Positions 26,800 through 38,248 are shown, numbered from the stretch's first letter. The stretch is 40,181 nucleotides of DNA from Sandaracinaceae bacterium (GCA_044220955.1 JBGAQA010000060.1:1-40181), one strand, 5' to 3'. Numbers and translations: made by a program. Notes: generated by a model not told the origin, from the letters alone.

Positions 26800-27851
26800 G
26801 ACCCTCGTGTGATCTCGGCGACGAGGTCGCGCGCGCGGACGCCCTCGGCTTCGGCGCGGAAGCTCGGCACGATACGGTGGCGCAGCACCGGAAGCGCAAG
26901 CGCTCGGACGTCCTCGACCTCCGCGACGAAGCGGCCGTCGAGCACCGCGCGCGCCTTCGCGCCGAGCACGAGCGCCTGGCTCGCTCGAGGTCCGGCGCCG
27001 AACGCGACGAGATCGCGAACGCGCGCCGACGCGGTCGGATCGTCGGGGCGCGTGCGACGAACGAGCGAGACGGCGGCCTCGACGACGTGGTCGGCGGCCG
27101 GGACCCGCGGCACGAGATCCTGGAGCTCGAGGATCTCGGCGCGTGTGAGCACGGGGCAGGGCGTGTCGGTCGCCGGCGCCGTGGTGCGCCGCACGATCTC
27201 GAGCTCCTCGGCCGCGCTCGGATACCCCACGTCGATCTGGAAGAGGAAGCGATCGAGCTGCGCCTCGGGCAGGGGGTAGGTCCCCTCCTGCTCGATGGGG
27301 TTCTGCGTGGCGAACACCGCATAGGGCGACTCGAGCGGGTACGTCTTGCCGCCCGCGGTCACGCGGCCCTCGGCCATCGCCTGCAGGAGCGCGGCCTGCG
27401 TCTTGGGCGGCGTCCGGTTGATCTCGTCGGCGAGCAGGACGTTCGTGAAGATCGGCCCGGGCACGAAGCGGAAGCGCCGCTCGCCGCTCGCCGGATCCTC
27501 CTCGAGGACGTCCGTCCCGGTGATGTCGGTCGGCATGAGGTCGGGCGTGAACTGCACGCGGTTCGAGCGCAGCGAGAGGGCCTCGGCGAGGGTCGTGATC
27601 AGCAGCGTCTTGGCCAGCCCGGGGACCCCGACGAAGAGGCCGTGGCCGCGCGCGAAGAGGGCGACGAGGAGCAGCTCGATCACCTCGTCCTGACCGACGA
27701 TCCGCCGCTTGATCTCGGCGACGAGGCGCTTCTTGCTCCGCGCCAGCTGCTGGGCCCGCTCGACGTCGTCGGTCTCGTGGGCGCGGGCCGCGGGGACGTC
27801 CGCCGCGTGCGCGGGGCCGTTCGTGGTCTCGGGGGTGGCGGCAGAGGTCAC
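26796..27851 (-). CDS. moxR: MoxR family AAA+ ATPase
   Basis: Walker [20 protein letters not shown], Walker [31 protein letters not shown] and GAGPRA. Confidence 0.95.
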   Translation of the reverse strand: MTSAATPETTNGPAHAADVPAARAHETDDVERAQQLARSKKRLVAEIKRRIVGQDEVIELLLVALFARGHGLFVGVPGLAKTLLITTLAEALSLRSNRVQFTPDLMPTDITGTDVLEEDPASGERRFRFVPGPIFTNVLLADEINRTPPKTQAALLQAMAEGRVTAGGKTYPLESPYAVFATQNPIEQEGTYPLPEAQLDRFLFQIDVGYPSAAEELEIVRRTTAPATDTPCPVLTRAEILELQDLVPRVPAADHVVEAAVSLVRRTRPDDPTASARVRDLVAFGAGPRASQALVLGAKARAVLDGRFVAEVEDVRALALPVLRHRIVPSFRAEAEGVRARDLVAEITRGS

Positions 27852-27857
27852 GGGCGC

Positions 27858-27863
27858 ACCTTA
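27858..27863 (-). promoter_or_regulatory. Putative internal leaderless -10 box (TAAGGT) for moxR
   Basis: TANNNT 6 nt before the GTG at 27851; it includes the TAA stop of the upstream gene. Confidence 0.4.
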
Positions 27864-29465
27864 CTCGCTGCGGCCGCCCAGTGCCGCACAGGCGTCGCGC
27901 TCGAACGCGGCGTCGGCGTCCGGCAGGACCGCCGCGAGCGTGCAATGAGGCTCCGGGTCGAAGGGGTTGATCTCCGTCGCGGCGCGGCTCGTCTCCGCTG
28001 CGCGCGCCCGGTCCCCCACGAGCAGGTACGCCGCGCCGAGGTTCGCCAAGAGGGGCTCGTGCTCGCTCCAGCGCGGGAGCAGCGGCGCGAGCGCGTCGAT
28101 GGCGGCCTGCCCGTCTCCACCGCGCACGGCGGCCCGCGCGAGCCGCGAGGCGACCACCGGATCGTCGGGCGCGACCGCGTGGGCGCGCCCGTACTCGACC
28201 GACGCGGCGAGGTAGCGCTGCTCCGTCCACAGCAGATCGCCGAGCCGGACGGCCCGCCGCGCGCTCTCGGCCGCGACGTCGCCGCTGTCGTCGGGCTCCG
28301 CGGCGCCGTGCCGCAGCTCGAGGTGCGGGATCGGCTGCGTCGCGTCGTCGGGCACCGGCATCGCGCCGATCGCGTCGCGCCAGTGACCCTCCAGATCCGA
28401 GAAGGGCGCGGCGGCGGCGTCGGCGAACGCCTGACGGGCGTCCTCGCCGACGCGCACGCGTGCCGCGACGTCGATGAGGCCGGCGCTCCCGTGCGCGCGG
28501 TAGAACGCCTCGACGAACGTCGAGACCTGCGCGAACGCGAGCGCTGCGTCCTCGGCGCTCGGCAGCATCGCGATCGAGGGGTGGAGCCGCTCGAAAGGGA
28601 TGAGATCGTCGGTCCCGGCGCGCGTCACGAGCAGCGTCTGCGAGCCCGGATCGAGGTGCACGGCGGGCGTGCCTCCGCGCCAGCGGCGCTCGAGGAAGCG
28701 CGCGTAGCCCTCCTGCATCCAGACGGGCGCCCGGTCCTCCGTGAGCTGCGCGAGGAGCAGGTGCACCGCCTCGTGGCCGATCGTGTCGGCCCAGGGGTAG
28801 CCGTGAGCGAGTGCCCTCGGCGAGGTGATCATGAGCCGGTCCCACTTGCAGAGCGCGATCGTCCCCGTGCGCTCGATGTCCTCGATCGAGAGGCTGGAGA
28901 CCCGAGAGAGAGCGGTCGCGGTCGGCAGGATCTCGAGGCGGATGGGCCCCTCGTGATGGGCGCCCAGCTCGGTCGCGAGTCCGGCGTCCACCCGGGCGAG
29001 GATCGCGAGCGCGTCGTGCGCGACGAAGCGGTCGGGGCCGGGCGCGAAGCGGACGACGAAGCGGCCGTCGTCGCTACGGAGCTCCTCGAAGCCGCCGGTG
29101 ACGAGCTCGGTCTCGTGCGCGACGCGGGCGAGCATCACGCGCTCCTCGGGGCCCCGCAGACCCACGGCGCGGACCAGCGTCGACTCGAGGTCGGCACGCG
29201 CGCGTGCGTAGTCCCCCCGCAGCAGGCGCAGGTAGCCGCGCTCGAAGCGCACGTCGGGGTCGTCCGGATGGCGCGCGGAGAGCGCGTCGAGCGTGCGCTC
29301 TGCGTCGTCGATGCGAAGGCGGTCGAGCGCCTCGGCCGCGGCGACGAGCGTCGCGGCGTCCTCCCCGGGCGGCATCGCGAGCGCGCGCGGGGCAGCCCCG
29401 AGCCCGAGGGCGACGATCGCCACCATCGCCGTTGTCGCCGCGAGGGAGCGAACCGGCGGCGTCAT
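27861..29465 (-). CDS. Exported TPR-containing peptidase MA-like (gluzincin) metalloprotease
   Basis: Signal peptide and TPR-like repeats at both ends; HEXXH motif (GHEAVH) followed by PVWMQEGYA. Confidence 0.8.
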   Translation of the reverse strand: MTPPVRSLAATTAMVAIVALGLGAAPRALAMPPGEDAATLVAAAEALDRLRIDDAERTLDALSARHPDDPDVRFERGYLRLLRGDYARARADLESTLVRAVGLRGPEERVMLARVAHETELVTGGFEELRSDDGRFVVRFAPGPDRFVAHDALAILARVDAGLATELGAHHEGPIRLEILPTATALSRVSSLSIEDIERTGTIALCKWDRLMITSPRALAHGYPWADTIGHEAVHLLLAQLTEDRAPVWMQEGYARFLERRWRGGTPAVHLDPGSQTLLVTRAGTDDLIPFERLHPSIAMLPSAEDAALAFAQVSTFVEAFYRAHGSAGLIDVAARVRVGEDARQAFADAAAAPFSDLEGHWRDAIGAMPVPDDATQPIPHLELRHGAAEPDDSGDVAAESARRAVRLGDLLWTEQRYLAASVEYGRAHAVAPDDPVVASRLARAAVRGGDGQAAIDALAPLLPRWSEHEPLLANLGAAYLLVGDRARAAETSRAATEINPFDPEPHCTLAAVLPDADAAFERDACAALGGRSE

Positions 29466-32449
29466 CGCAGCAGCCCCTCGTAGTAGCGCCGGACCGCGTC
29501 GTCGTAGCCCTGCGGCGCGCCCTCGCTCATCGCGTCGAGCAGCCGGCGGCGGAGCTCCATCGGGCCCTCGTGGCCCTCCGGGATCTCGACCGGGTGACCG
29601 AGCTCCGAGGCGCCACCGGCGCTCCCCGAGTCGCTCCTGCGGCGCTGCGAGTCCTGCTCGAGTCGCCGTCGCAGCTCGGAGAGCCGGCGTGCGGCCTCGC
29701 CCTCGGCGTCGGCGGTCTCGGCGGGCTCTTCGTGCTCGCGCGCCGAGCGGGCCTCGCGCATCAGCTCGCCGATGTCGCGCAGATCGTCCGCGACGTCGGG
29801 CACCAGCGGCTCGCCGTCGGGCCCGTGCTCGAACCGGTCCGCGAGGCGCCCGGCGGCGTCGGCGGCCGCCGTCTGGCGCGGCGCCGCGGACTGGAGCGCG
29901 CGGCGGCTCGGGTCCGAGAGGTGCTGTCGGAGCTCCGGGATCGCGCGCTCGATCGAGCTCCGCAGCTCGTGGGCTCGGCGGGCCGCGTCGGAGGCCCGCC
30001 GAGCCGAGTCGGCCGTGGCGCCCTCGTGTCCGGGGAACATCATCGCGTCGAGCGCGAGGTCGCGCGAGAGCGCGTCCGCATCCGTCTCGGCCTCCTCGGC
30101 CATCCGACTCGCCTCGCCGAGATCCCCGCTCGCCAGCGCGTCGGCGACGTCCTCTAGGCGCTGGCGCGTGCGCTCGTGCTCTTCGCGGTCGGCCTGTCCG
30201 AGGCGTCCCGGCTCCATCGCTTCGATCGCGGCAAGCGCGCTCGCCGCCTGCTCGCCGAGCTCGGCGGCGCGGCCGGCGCCGCGGTCTCCGAGCGACGCCA
30301 GGGCCGCGCGCGCGGCCTCGTTGCGCGCGTCGGCCGAGCTGGCCGCGAGCTCGCGCTCCTCCGCCTCGAGCCCCTGCAGGGCGTCCATCGCCTCGGCCAG
30401 CGCACGATCCCGGTCGCCGAAGTGCGCCTCGGAGAAGGCCGACTCGCCCTGGCCGAGCGCGCGCGCGATGCCGTCGATCTGCTGCTCGAGCGCGGTCAGG
30501 GCGCGCTGGGCGGCGTCGAGGTCGCCCGCCAGCAGGCCCTCGCGCATCGCGTCGAGGGCGGCTTGCGTCTGGCGGGTCTCGGCCTCGGTGACGTTGGCGA
30601 ACTCCTCGGGGGCGGAGGTCCCCATCGCCCCGAGGCGGGCACGGAGCTCCGCGAGCCGCTGCTCGGCGCGGCCGATCGCGGTGAGGAGCGCCGCGCGCGC
30701 CTCGTCGCTCGGCGCGCGGGCGAGCTCGCGGAGCAGCGAGGCGATCTCGCGGCGGAGCTGCTCGAGCTCGCGGGCGATCGCGGCCGCGTCTTGCACGCGC
30801 GCGCGCGCGAGCATGTCCGTGAGCGTCAGCACGTCGTTCTCCAGCTCGGTGGCCAGGGCGCGGTCCGCCGCCGTACGCGGCTCGAGCGCTTGCACGCGCG
30901 GCTCGAGCGCGCGGCGCTCGGCGGACAGCCCTCGACGCAGGCGGGTGACCATGCCCGCGTAGATCGGCGCGTCCGTCCGTGCCGTCTCCCCGACGCGCGC
31001 GTCGAACGACATCCGCCCGAGGGCGCCGATCAGGGCGGTGAGCTGCGCGGAACCGACGGCGAAGCGCGCCATCGCCGCCGATGGGTCCTCGGGCACGGCG
31101 ACCTCGAGCCGATCGGCGAGCGCGCCGAGCGCGGCGGCGCGCGCGTTCACGAGATCCTCGATCCCGTCCTGCCGGCGGGTCGACTCGGAGGCGAGCGTCA
31201 AGGTCCGCGTCTCGGACCGGCCGACGCCGGGGCCGTCGACGTCGTTGGCGTCCCGAGCTTCGACGCGGATCGCGATCCGATCGCCGGGCTCCGCGCCGAG
31301 CTCCCGCGCCTCCAAGGTCGTGTCGCCGAACACGGAGTCGACGGCCGGGGTCGACGTCGACAGGCGCCGGCGCCGCTCCTGGCCGTCGGGCGGGGTGATG
31401 ACGAGGTCCACGTCGACGACTCCGACGTCGTCCTCCGCCGAGTAGGCCAAGAGCAGGACGGCGTCGGCGTCGATCGACTCGTCGGCATCCGGCGAGGTCA
31501 GCCGCACGGTCGGGACCGCGTCGGGGATCGCATGCACCGCCCGTCGCTCCGAGTCGCGCACCGTGCGGCCGCTGGCGTCGGTGACCGTGACGCCGATCCG
31601 CTCGTCCTCGCGGACGAGGAAGCTCGTGCCGAACGTGTCGCCCGTGCGCGTCGCGGCGAGGCGTCGCTCGCCGACCAGGATCTCGACGCGGCGCGCGGTG
31701 ATGCGGGGCACGATGCGCAGCTCCAGCGTGCTGCCGACGGGAACGTCCATGCGTGACGCCGCCGGCACGCGGAGCGGCGAGCGCCCCAGGTAGGCCGGAT
31801 ACACGACGCGCGCGTCGAAGGACTCGACCACCGAGGCGGTCGGCGCGTCGATCCGGCTCGCGGCGAGCGGGTGCGTCAGGGCGAAGATGCCCGCGCGCGC
31901 CCGGCCGCTCGTCGCCGCGATCCCCAGCGCCACCACGAGCGCGAGCGCGGCGGGGCGGGCCGCTCGTCCGAGATCGCGCGGCACGCGGACGACGGCGGCG
32001 GGCCGCAGCGCGGCGAGCCGCTCTCGGACGCGACGCTCGTGGGCTGCGATGAGCGCGCCCGACGCACCCGTCGGGCGCGCTCGTGCGAGCTCCCAGGCCG
32101 AGCGCGTGGCCGCCGCCAGGGCCGGATCCGACGCATCGAGCAGCGCGGCCGCGCCGACGCCGCGCAGCGCGACGAGGTCGGCGATCGGCTGCCAGATCGC
32201 CACGACCAGGGCCCCGCTCACGAGGGTCCAGCCGACTCCGAGCAGCGCCGCGTGAGGCAAGGGGCCCAGGAGCCAGCCCGCCGCGACCGATCCGAGCGCG
32301 AGCGCGCCGAGCGCGGCGAGCACCAGGCGCGCCGCGCGCGAGATCGCCGCGCGGGCACGCAGGGGCCCGAGCGACCGGTCGAGCGGGGCCTCCCGACGCG
32401 AGAATCGAAGCTCTTCGCCGGGGTGGGACCCGCGGGGTTCACCGCTCAC
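29462..32449 (-). CDS. DUF4175-like large membrane-anchored protein (TM helices, Ig-like segments, coiled coil)
   Basis: N-terminal TMs, YPAYLG, D.VPTVRL..P...AEDDVGV, PGD.I...VEARD....GP..GRS, long helical region and C-terminal P.GY...VRRYYE.L. GTG start inferred from an upstream TACACT. Confidence 0.75.
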   Translation of the reverse strand: MSGEPRGSHPGEELRFSRREAPLDRSLGPLRARAAISRAARLVLAALGALALGSVAAGWLLGPLPHAALLGVGWTLVSGALVVAIWQPIADLVALRGVGAAALLDASDPALAAATRSAWELARARPTGASGALIAAHERRVRERLAALRPAAVVRVPRDLGRAARPAALALVVALGIAATSGRARAGIFALTHPLAASRIDAPTASVVESFDARVVYPAYLGRSPLRVPAASRMDVPVGSTLELRIVPRITARRVEILVGERRLAATRTGDTFGTSFLVREDERIGVTVTDASGRTVRDSERRAVHAIPDAVPTVRLTSPDADESIDADAVLLLAYSAEDDVGVVDVDLVITPPDGQERRRRLSTSTPAVDSVFGDTTLEARELGAEPGDRIAIRVEARDANDVDGPGVGRSETRTLTLASESTRRQDGIEDLVNARAAALGALADRLEVAVPEDPSAAMARFAVGSAQLTALIGALGRMSFDARVGETARTDAPIYAGMVTRLRRGLSAERRALEPRVQALEPRTAADRALATELENDVLTLTDMLARARVQDAAAIARELEQLRREIASLLRELARAPSDEARAALLTAIGRAEQRLAELRARLGAMGTSAPEEFANVTEAETRQTQAALDAMREGLLAGDLDAAQRALTALEQQIDGIARALGQGESAFSEAHFGDRDRALAEAMDALQGLEAEERELAASSADARNEAARAALASLGDRGAGRAAELGEQAASALAAIEAMEPGRLGQADREEHERTRQRLEDVADALASGDLGEASRMAEEAETDADALSRDLALDAMMFPGHEGATADSARRASDAARRAHELRSSIERAIPELRQHLSDPSRRALQSAAPRQTAAADAAGRLADRFEHGPDGEPLVPDVADDLRDIGELMREARSAREHEEPAETADAEGEAARRLSELRRRLEQDSQRRRSDSGSAGGASELGHPVEIPEGHEGPMELRRRLLDAMSEGAPQGYDDAVRRYYEGLLR

Positions 32450-32455
32450 CCGCGC

Positions 32456-32508
32456 AGTGTAGCCGCCGCGCGGAACGCCCGCTCGCGCCTCGACGGAAGA
32501 GGTATAGT
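32456..32508. promoter_or_regulatory. Back-to-back -10 boxes of divergent promoters
   Basis: TACACT on the minus strand (32456-32461, 6 nt before the GTG at 32449) and TATAGT on the plus strand (32503-32508). Confidence 0.55.
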
Positions 32509-32527
32509 GCGTCGCCCGGTGGGGCCG

Positions 32528-35305
32528 ATGAGCGGAACCGTGATCGAAAACCAGCGCGACCACGCGGACTTGGCGTTGGTCGTCTATCTCGAAGACCTTC
32601 TCCGTGACCGCCGCGTCCTGCTGGTGGGAGACACGAGCGCGCGTGTCGAGCGCCGCCTCTCCGACGCGGCGCGGACGGTGGACGTCGTCAGCCGCGAGCG
32701 TCGCGCGCGGCGCCGCGGGCTGCCGCTGCGCGCTTGGCCGACGCCGGCGGAGCGAGGGACCTGGGACGCCATCGTGATCCCGGACCTCGTGGCGGCGGGG
32801 CTCGACGACGCCGCCCGCTTCGACGAGATCGCGTCGCTCGTGCCGGACGGCTTGCTGGTGGCGGCCATCGACGCCCAGGCGGGGCAGCCGGGCTACGAGG
32901 CGTTCCACGCGCTCGTGAGCGCCCGCTACGAGGGCGCGAGGCTGCTCGGACAGGCGCCGCTCAGCGGCTTCGCGCTCGCCGCGCTCGGGGAGCCGACCGG
33001 CGACGTCGCCTACGACGCCAGCGCCGCCGACCTCGCCCCGGCCCGCTTCGTGGCCGTGGCCGTCCCGCGCTCGATCGCGATCGACGGCTATGCGGTGATC
33101 GCCACGCCGCGGGTGCCCGACGCAGAGCGCGCGGCGCCGCCCGATCCGCGGCACGAGCGCGAGGCGGAGGCCGCGCGCGCCCGCCTCGAGCACGCCGAGA
33201 AGCGGCTCGAGCAGGCCCAGCGCGAGATCGCGCGCAACGCGCAGAAGCTCGACGAGGCTCGGCACGAGCAGGCGCGCCTCGAGGAGGCGCTCCGAGCGCA
33301 GCAGGCCGAGGTCGAGCACGAGGGGGACCGAGGCTCCGAGGCCGTCCGCGCCGCCCGCGCCGAGTGCGACCGGCTCGAGGGACGCCTGCGCGCCGCGGCG
33401 CACGAGGTCACGACGCTCCGCGGGGAGAGCGAGCGGCGCGGGGTCATCGTGCGCGACCTCGTGGAGGAGCTGCGGCGTGCCGGGACCCACGCGGCGCTCT
33501 CGGTCGCGCCCTCTCGCGGCGAGATCGACGCCGAGCTCGTCCGGGCCCAGGAGGCGCTCAAGGGGGCGCAGCGGCGGGCGGTCGAGGCGGAAGCGCGGCG
33601 CGCCGAGCTCGCGTTCCGCGTGGACGAGCTGACCGCCGATCTCGCGTCGATCGGGCAGGTGCACGAGCAGCGCACGGCCCAGCTCGCGCGTGAGCACGCG
33701 GCGGCCCAGGGCATCGTGCGCGGCCTGGAGTCCCGGGTCGCCGAGCTGAGCGAGCTCCGGCTGGCGGCCGAGAGCAGGCTCGCGCTCGTCGAGGACGACA
33801 TCCGGCGCGCGCGCGAGGGGAGCCGCGACCTCGAGCGCAAGGTCGGGGAGCTCGAGGAGCAGCTCGAGGTCGCACGCATGCCGCGGCCTGCGCCGCGAGA
33901 CACCGCCGAGCAGCGGGCCCCGGACGGCGCGAGCCTTGGGGATCCCGCGAAGGAAGGACAGCTGTTCGGGGCGCTGCTCAAGACGCGCGAGCAGCTGGCG
34001 GCGCTGCACGACGAGCGCACGGATCTGATGAGCGAGATCGCGCGTCTGCGCGCCGCGCTCGAGATCGCCGCCCACGAGACGCAAGCGGGCGTGGCGGAGG
34101 CCCGCCGCCGCGCGGCCGCGCTCGAGGCAGAGGCCGACGTTCGCGCGGGCCAGCTCGAGCACCGCAACGCCGAGCTCGCGAACGTCCGCGAGGAGCGGGA
34201 GCGCCTGGCGACGCGGGTCGTCGCGCTGGAGAGCGTCCTGCCGCCGCCGATGCCGGTCGCGGACGCCGGGCGCGTCGAGGCGCTGGAGCAAGACCTCGAC
34301 GCTCTGCGGGGCGAGTGCGCAGGCCTGACGCTCCGCGCCCGCGACGCCGACGCCGCCGCCGACGCCGCGCTGCTCCGCACGCGGGCCGTCGAGGCGCGCC
34401 TGGCCGCGGGCGAGACGGCGGCGCGGGCCGACGCCCGGCGGGCCGCGGAGCTGGCATCCCGGCTCGCGTCGCGCGACGGCCTGGTGAGCCGGCTGCAGCT
34501 CGCGCTCGCGCACGCCGGCGAGCGCGAGGCTGCGATCGAGCGAACGCGTGACGCTCTCGAGGCGAGGCTCACGCAAGCCAGCGAGGCGATCGGAGCCCTG
34601 GAGGCCGTCTCGTCGGTCCGCTCGGACGAGGAGAGGCGCGAGCGTGACGCGATGGCGCTCGAGCTGAACGCCGAGAGAGCGCGGGCGGTGCGAGCCGACA
34701 CGGAGCGGGCGTCGGCGCTCGAGTCACTCCGCGACGTGCGGGAGGCCCTCGCGCGCCTGCTCGGGGCCATGGGGGAGCCCTCGCGAGCGGTCTCGATCCC
34801 CACGGCGCCGGAGGGGCTCTACCGGGAGGAGATCGCGCGGCTCGCGCGCGACGCCGACGATCGTGAGGTGATGCTGCGCAGCCTCACCGCTCAGCTCGAG
34901 GAGCGGGACGACCGGATTCGCGCCCTCGAGCGCCTCGCGCGCGGCGAGAGCGCTCCGGCTGGTGACATGGCGAAGCTGCTCGAGACCGAGGAGCGCATCG
35001 CGCGGCTCTCGGCGGAGCTGGCCGAGGAGCGTCGTGCGCGCGAGCGCGTCGAGTCGTCCTCGGCGCTCGTGTCGCGGGAGGCGGAGCTGCGCCGCCTCGA
35101 GCAGCTCCTCGGCGACCGCGACGCGCAGCTCAACCTGCTCGAGGGTCGGGTGGAGGGCGCGAGCCGCGACGAGGCCGACATGCGCCAGCGCTTCGCCGAC
35201 GCCCGCGACCGCCTCGAGGCGATCCTCGCGCACCTCGGGGACGCCCGGCACGGCGAGGCCGCCGAGCACGCCGCCGAGCTGCTCCGGGCGCTCCGCAAGT
35301 ACTGA
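32528..35305 (+). CDS. Large coiled-coil protein with an N-terminal alpha/beta (degenerate methyltransferase-like) domain
   Basis: About 200-aa globular N-terminus (RRVLLVG...WDAIVI...DGLLV...GYEAF..L...Y...RLLGQ), then ~700 aa of E/R/A/L-rich heptads with Pro-rich breaks; no TM. Confidence 0.75.
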   Translation: MSGTVIENQRDHADLALVVYLEDLLRDRRVLLVGDTSARVERRLSDAARTVDVVSRERRARRRGLPLRAWPTPAERGTWDAIVIPDLVAAGLDDAARFDEIASLVPDGLLVAAIDAQAGQPGYEAFHALVSARYEGARLLGQAPLSGFALAALGEPTGDVAYDASAADLAPARFVAVAVPRSIAIDGYAVIATPRVPDAERAAPPDPRHEREAEAARARLEHAEKRLEQAQREIARNAQKLDEARHEQARLEEALRAQQAEVEHEGDRGSEAVRAARAECDRLEGRLRAAAHEVTTLRGESERRGVIVRDLVEELRRAGTHAALSVAPSRGEIDAELVRAQEALKGAQRRAVEAEARRAELAFRVDELTADLASIGQVHEQRTAQLAREHAAAQGIVRGLESRVAELSELRLAAESRLALVEDDIRRAREGSRDLERKVGELEEQLEVARMPRPAPRDTAEQRAPDGASLGDPAKEGQLFGALLKTREQLAALHDERTDLMSEIARLRAALEIAAHETQAGVAEARRRAAALEAEADVRAGQLEHRNAELANVREERERLATRVVALESVLPPPMPVADAGRVEALEQDLDALRGECAGLTLRARDADAAADAALLRTRAVEARLAAGETAARADARRAAELASRLASRDGLVSRLQLALAHAGEREAAIERTRDALEARLTQASEAIGALEAVSSVRSDEERRERDAMALELNAERARAVRADTERASALESLRDVREALARLLGAMGEPSRAVSIPTAPEGLYREEIARLARDADDREVMLRSLTAQLEERDDRIRALERLARGESAPAGDMAKLLETEERIARLSAELAEERRARERVESSSALVSREAELRRLEQLLGDRDAQLNLLEGRVEGASRDEADMRQRFADARDRLEAILAHLGDARHGEAAEHAAELLRALRKY

Positions 35306-35315
35306 CGCTCTCGGG

Positions 35316-35353
35316 AAAGAGAAACGCCGGACCCCCGTGAGGGGATCCGGCGT
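35316..35353 (-). terminator. Intrinsic terminator of groESL, between convergent genes
   Basis: Minus strand ACGCCGGA.CCCC-tcac-GGGG.TCCGGCGT followed by TTCTCTTT. Confidence 0.8.
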
Positions 35354-35378
35354 CGCTCGATTCCTGGGCTGGTCGAGC

Positions 35379-37022
<1,644 letters not shown>

Positions 37023-37075
37023 TGTCTTCTTCTCCGTTTTCTTCTTCGTGGAATCGTTCGTGGGTCAGCGGCGGA

Positions 37076-37363
37076 TCACTCGACGATGCCGACGATGTCG
37101 TCCTCGCGGAGGATGACGAGCTCCTCGCCGTCGACCTTGACCTCCTGCCCGGAGTACTTGCCGAACAGGACGCGGTCGCCCTTCTTGACCTCGAGCTTGC
37201 GGACCTTGCCGTCCTCGAGGACCTTGCCGTTGCCGACGGCGACGACCTTGCCCTCCACGGGCTTCTCCTTGGCGGTGTCAGGGATGATGATCCCGCCCTT
37301 GGTCTTCTCTTCTTCCTTCACGCGCTGGACGATCACTCGGTCGTGGAGCGGACGAATCGCCAT
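37076..37363 (-). CDS. groES: Co-chaperonin GroES
   Basis: Motifs [23 protein letters not shown] and [11 protein letters not shown]. Confidence 0.99.
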   Translation of the reverse strand: MAIRPLHDRVIVQRVKEEEKTKGGIIIPDTAKEKPVEGKVVAVGNGKVLEDGKVRKLEVKKGDRVLFGKYSGQEVKVDGEELVILREDDIVGIVE

Positions 37364-37420
37364 GGGAGCCTCCCTATCGCTGTCTTTCCCGGCGTCTGGC
37401 CGGGGCTGGGTCCGAACTTG

Positions 37421-37447
37421 TTGGCACTCGCAGATGCAGAGTGCTAA
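37421..37447. promoter_or_regulatory. CIRCE operator (HrcA binding site)
   Basis: Minus strand TTAGCACTC-N9-GAGTGCCAA, one mismatch to the consensus, lying between the promoter and groES. Confidence 0.92.
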
Positions 37448-37456
37448 CGGGCCGCG

Positions 37457-37484
37457 ACTGTAAGCCTCGTTCCTCGGGGGTCAA
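37457..37484 (-). promoter_or_regulatory. groESL promoter
   Basis: TTGACC-16 nt-TACAGT, 9 nt upstream of the CIRCE. Confidence 0.65.
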
Positions 37485-37525
37485 GACACGCCCGCCGAAT
37501 CAGTGAGACGGCTCACCGGCGCGGG

Positions 37526-37552
37526 CTGGCACTCCGAGGACACGGCTGCCAG
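37526..37552. promoter_or_regulatory. Second, degenerate CIRCE-like inverted repeat
   Basis: CTGGCACTC-N9-GGCTGCCAG. Confidence 0.4.
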
Positions 37553-37580
37553 CTGCCTCGCCGCCCGTGAGGACGAAACC

Positions 37581-37609
37581 TTGAGATTTCGGAGGGATGA
37601 CCCCTAATT
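37581..37609 (+). promoter_or_regulatory. Putative promoter of the divergent hypothetical gene pair
   Basis: TTGAGA-17 nt-TAATTG; GGAGG RBS before the ATG at 37636. Confidence 0.4.
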
Positions 37610-37635
37610 GGGAGCAGACGCGCTCGGAGGTTGCG

Positions 37636-38211
37636 ATGAGCATCGAGACGTTTGCGGATCTGCGAGGCTGGTTCCGGGAGAGGCTCGAGGGTGCCCTCGG
37701 GCAGCGCGGGGTCGCCGCGGGGGACGCCACGCGCGCCTACCTCGTCGACCTGCTGGCCCGGGTCGGGCTAGGGCAGGAGAACGACGCCCTGAGCCGGCCC
37801 CTGGCCCTGCAGCTGGCCGAGGCACGCGCGGCCGAGCGGGCGGAGCGCTTCCGGCTCTATCGAGCCCTCGGGGACGACGCGCTCTACCTGCGAGGGTTCT
37901 GCGCCGAGCACCTGGACCACCGGGGGATCACCACCGACTACGTCGCGACCCTGGGCGAGACGGCCTACGACCAGGCCGGCGAGCTGGCGCTCGGCAGCGC
38001 GGGCGAGGTGTACCGCGAGCTGGCGCGCAAGTTCGAGCCCTTCGCCGACGCGCTCGACGACGTGCGCGAGGGGACCGCCCTGCGCACGCCGCGCGACATC
38101 GTGCGGCTCTACGAGAAGTGGACGCGCACGCGCTCGCCCAAGATCGCGGAGCGACTGACCGCCGAGGGCGTGTTCCCGGCCATGGGAACGCCGCCCCGCG
38201 TGGTGCACTGA
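37636..38211 (+). CDS. Conserved-looking all-helical hypothetical protein
   Basis: Good RBS and codon pattern; motif YLVDLL...PLA..L..A......R....R.LGD.ALY..GF.........I..DY....G..AY. Confidence 0.75.
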   Translation: MSIETFADLRGWFRERLEGALGQRGVAAGDATRAYLVDLLARVGLGQENDALSRPLALQLAEARAAERAERFRLYRALGDDALYLRGFCAEHLDHRGITTDYVATLGETAYDQAGELALGSAGEVYRELARKFEPFADALDDVREGTALRTPRDIVRLYEKWTRTRSPKIAERLTAEGVFPAMGTPPRVVH

Positions 38212-38248
38212 TGCGACGAGAGCTGCGCGGCGACGACGTGGTGCTCCG

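Noticed and set aside
32528..35305. SMC/SbcC or WbdD assignment
   Set aside because: No Walker A/B or signature motifs, no kinase domain, and no polysaccharide ABC export genes nearby.
29462..35305. ORF-track starts at 34576 (-) and 31871 (+), implying two giant overlapping genes
   Set aside because: Each extension is the antisense of the other gene. The divergent -10 boxes at 32456-32508 support starts near 32449 and 32528.
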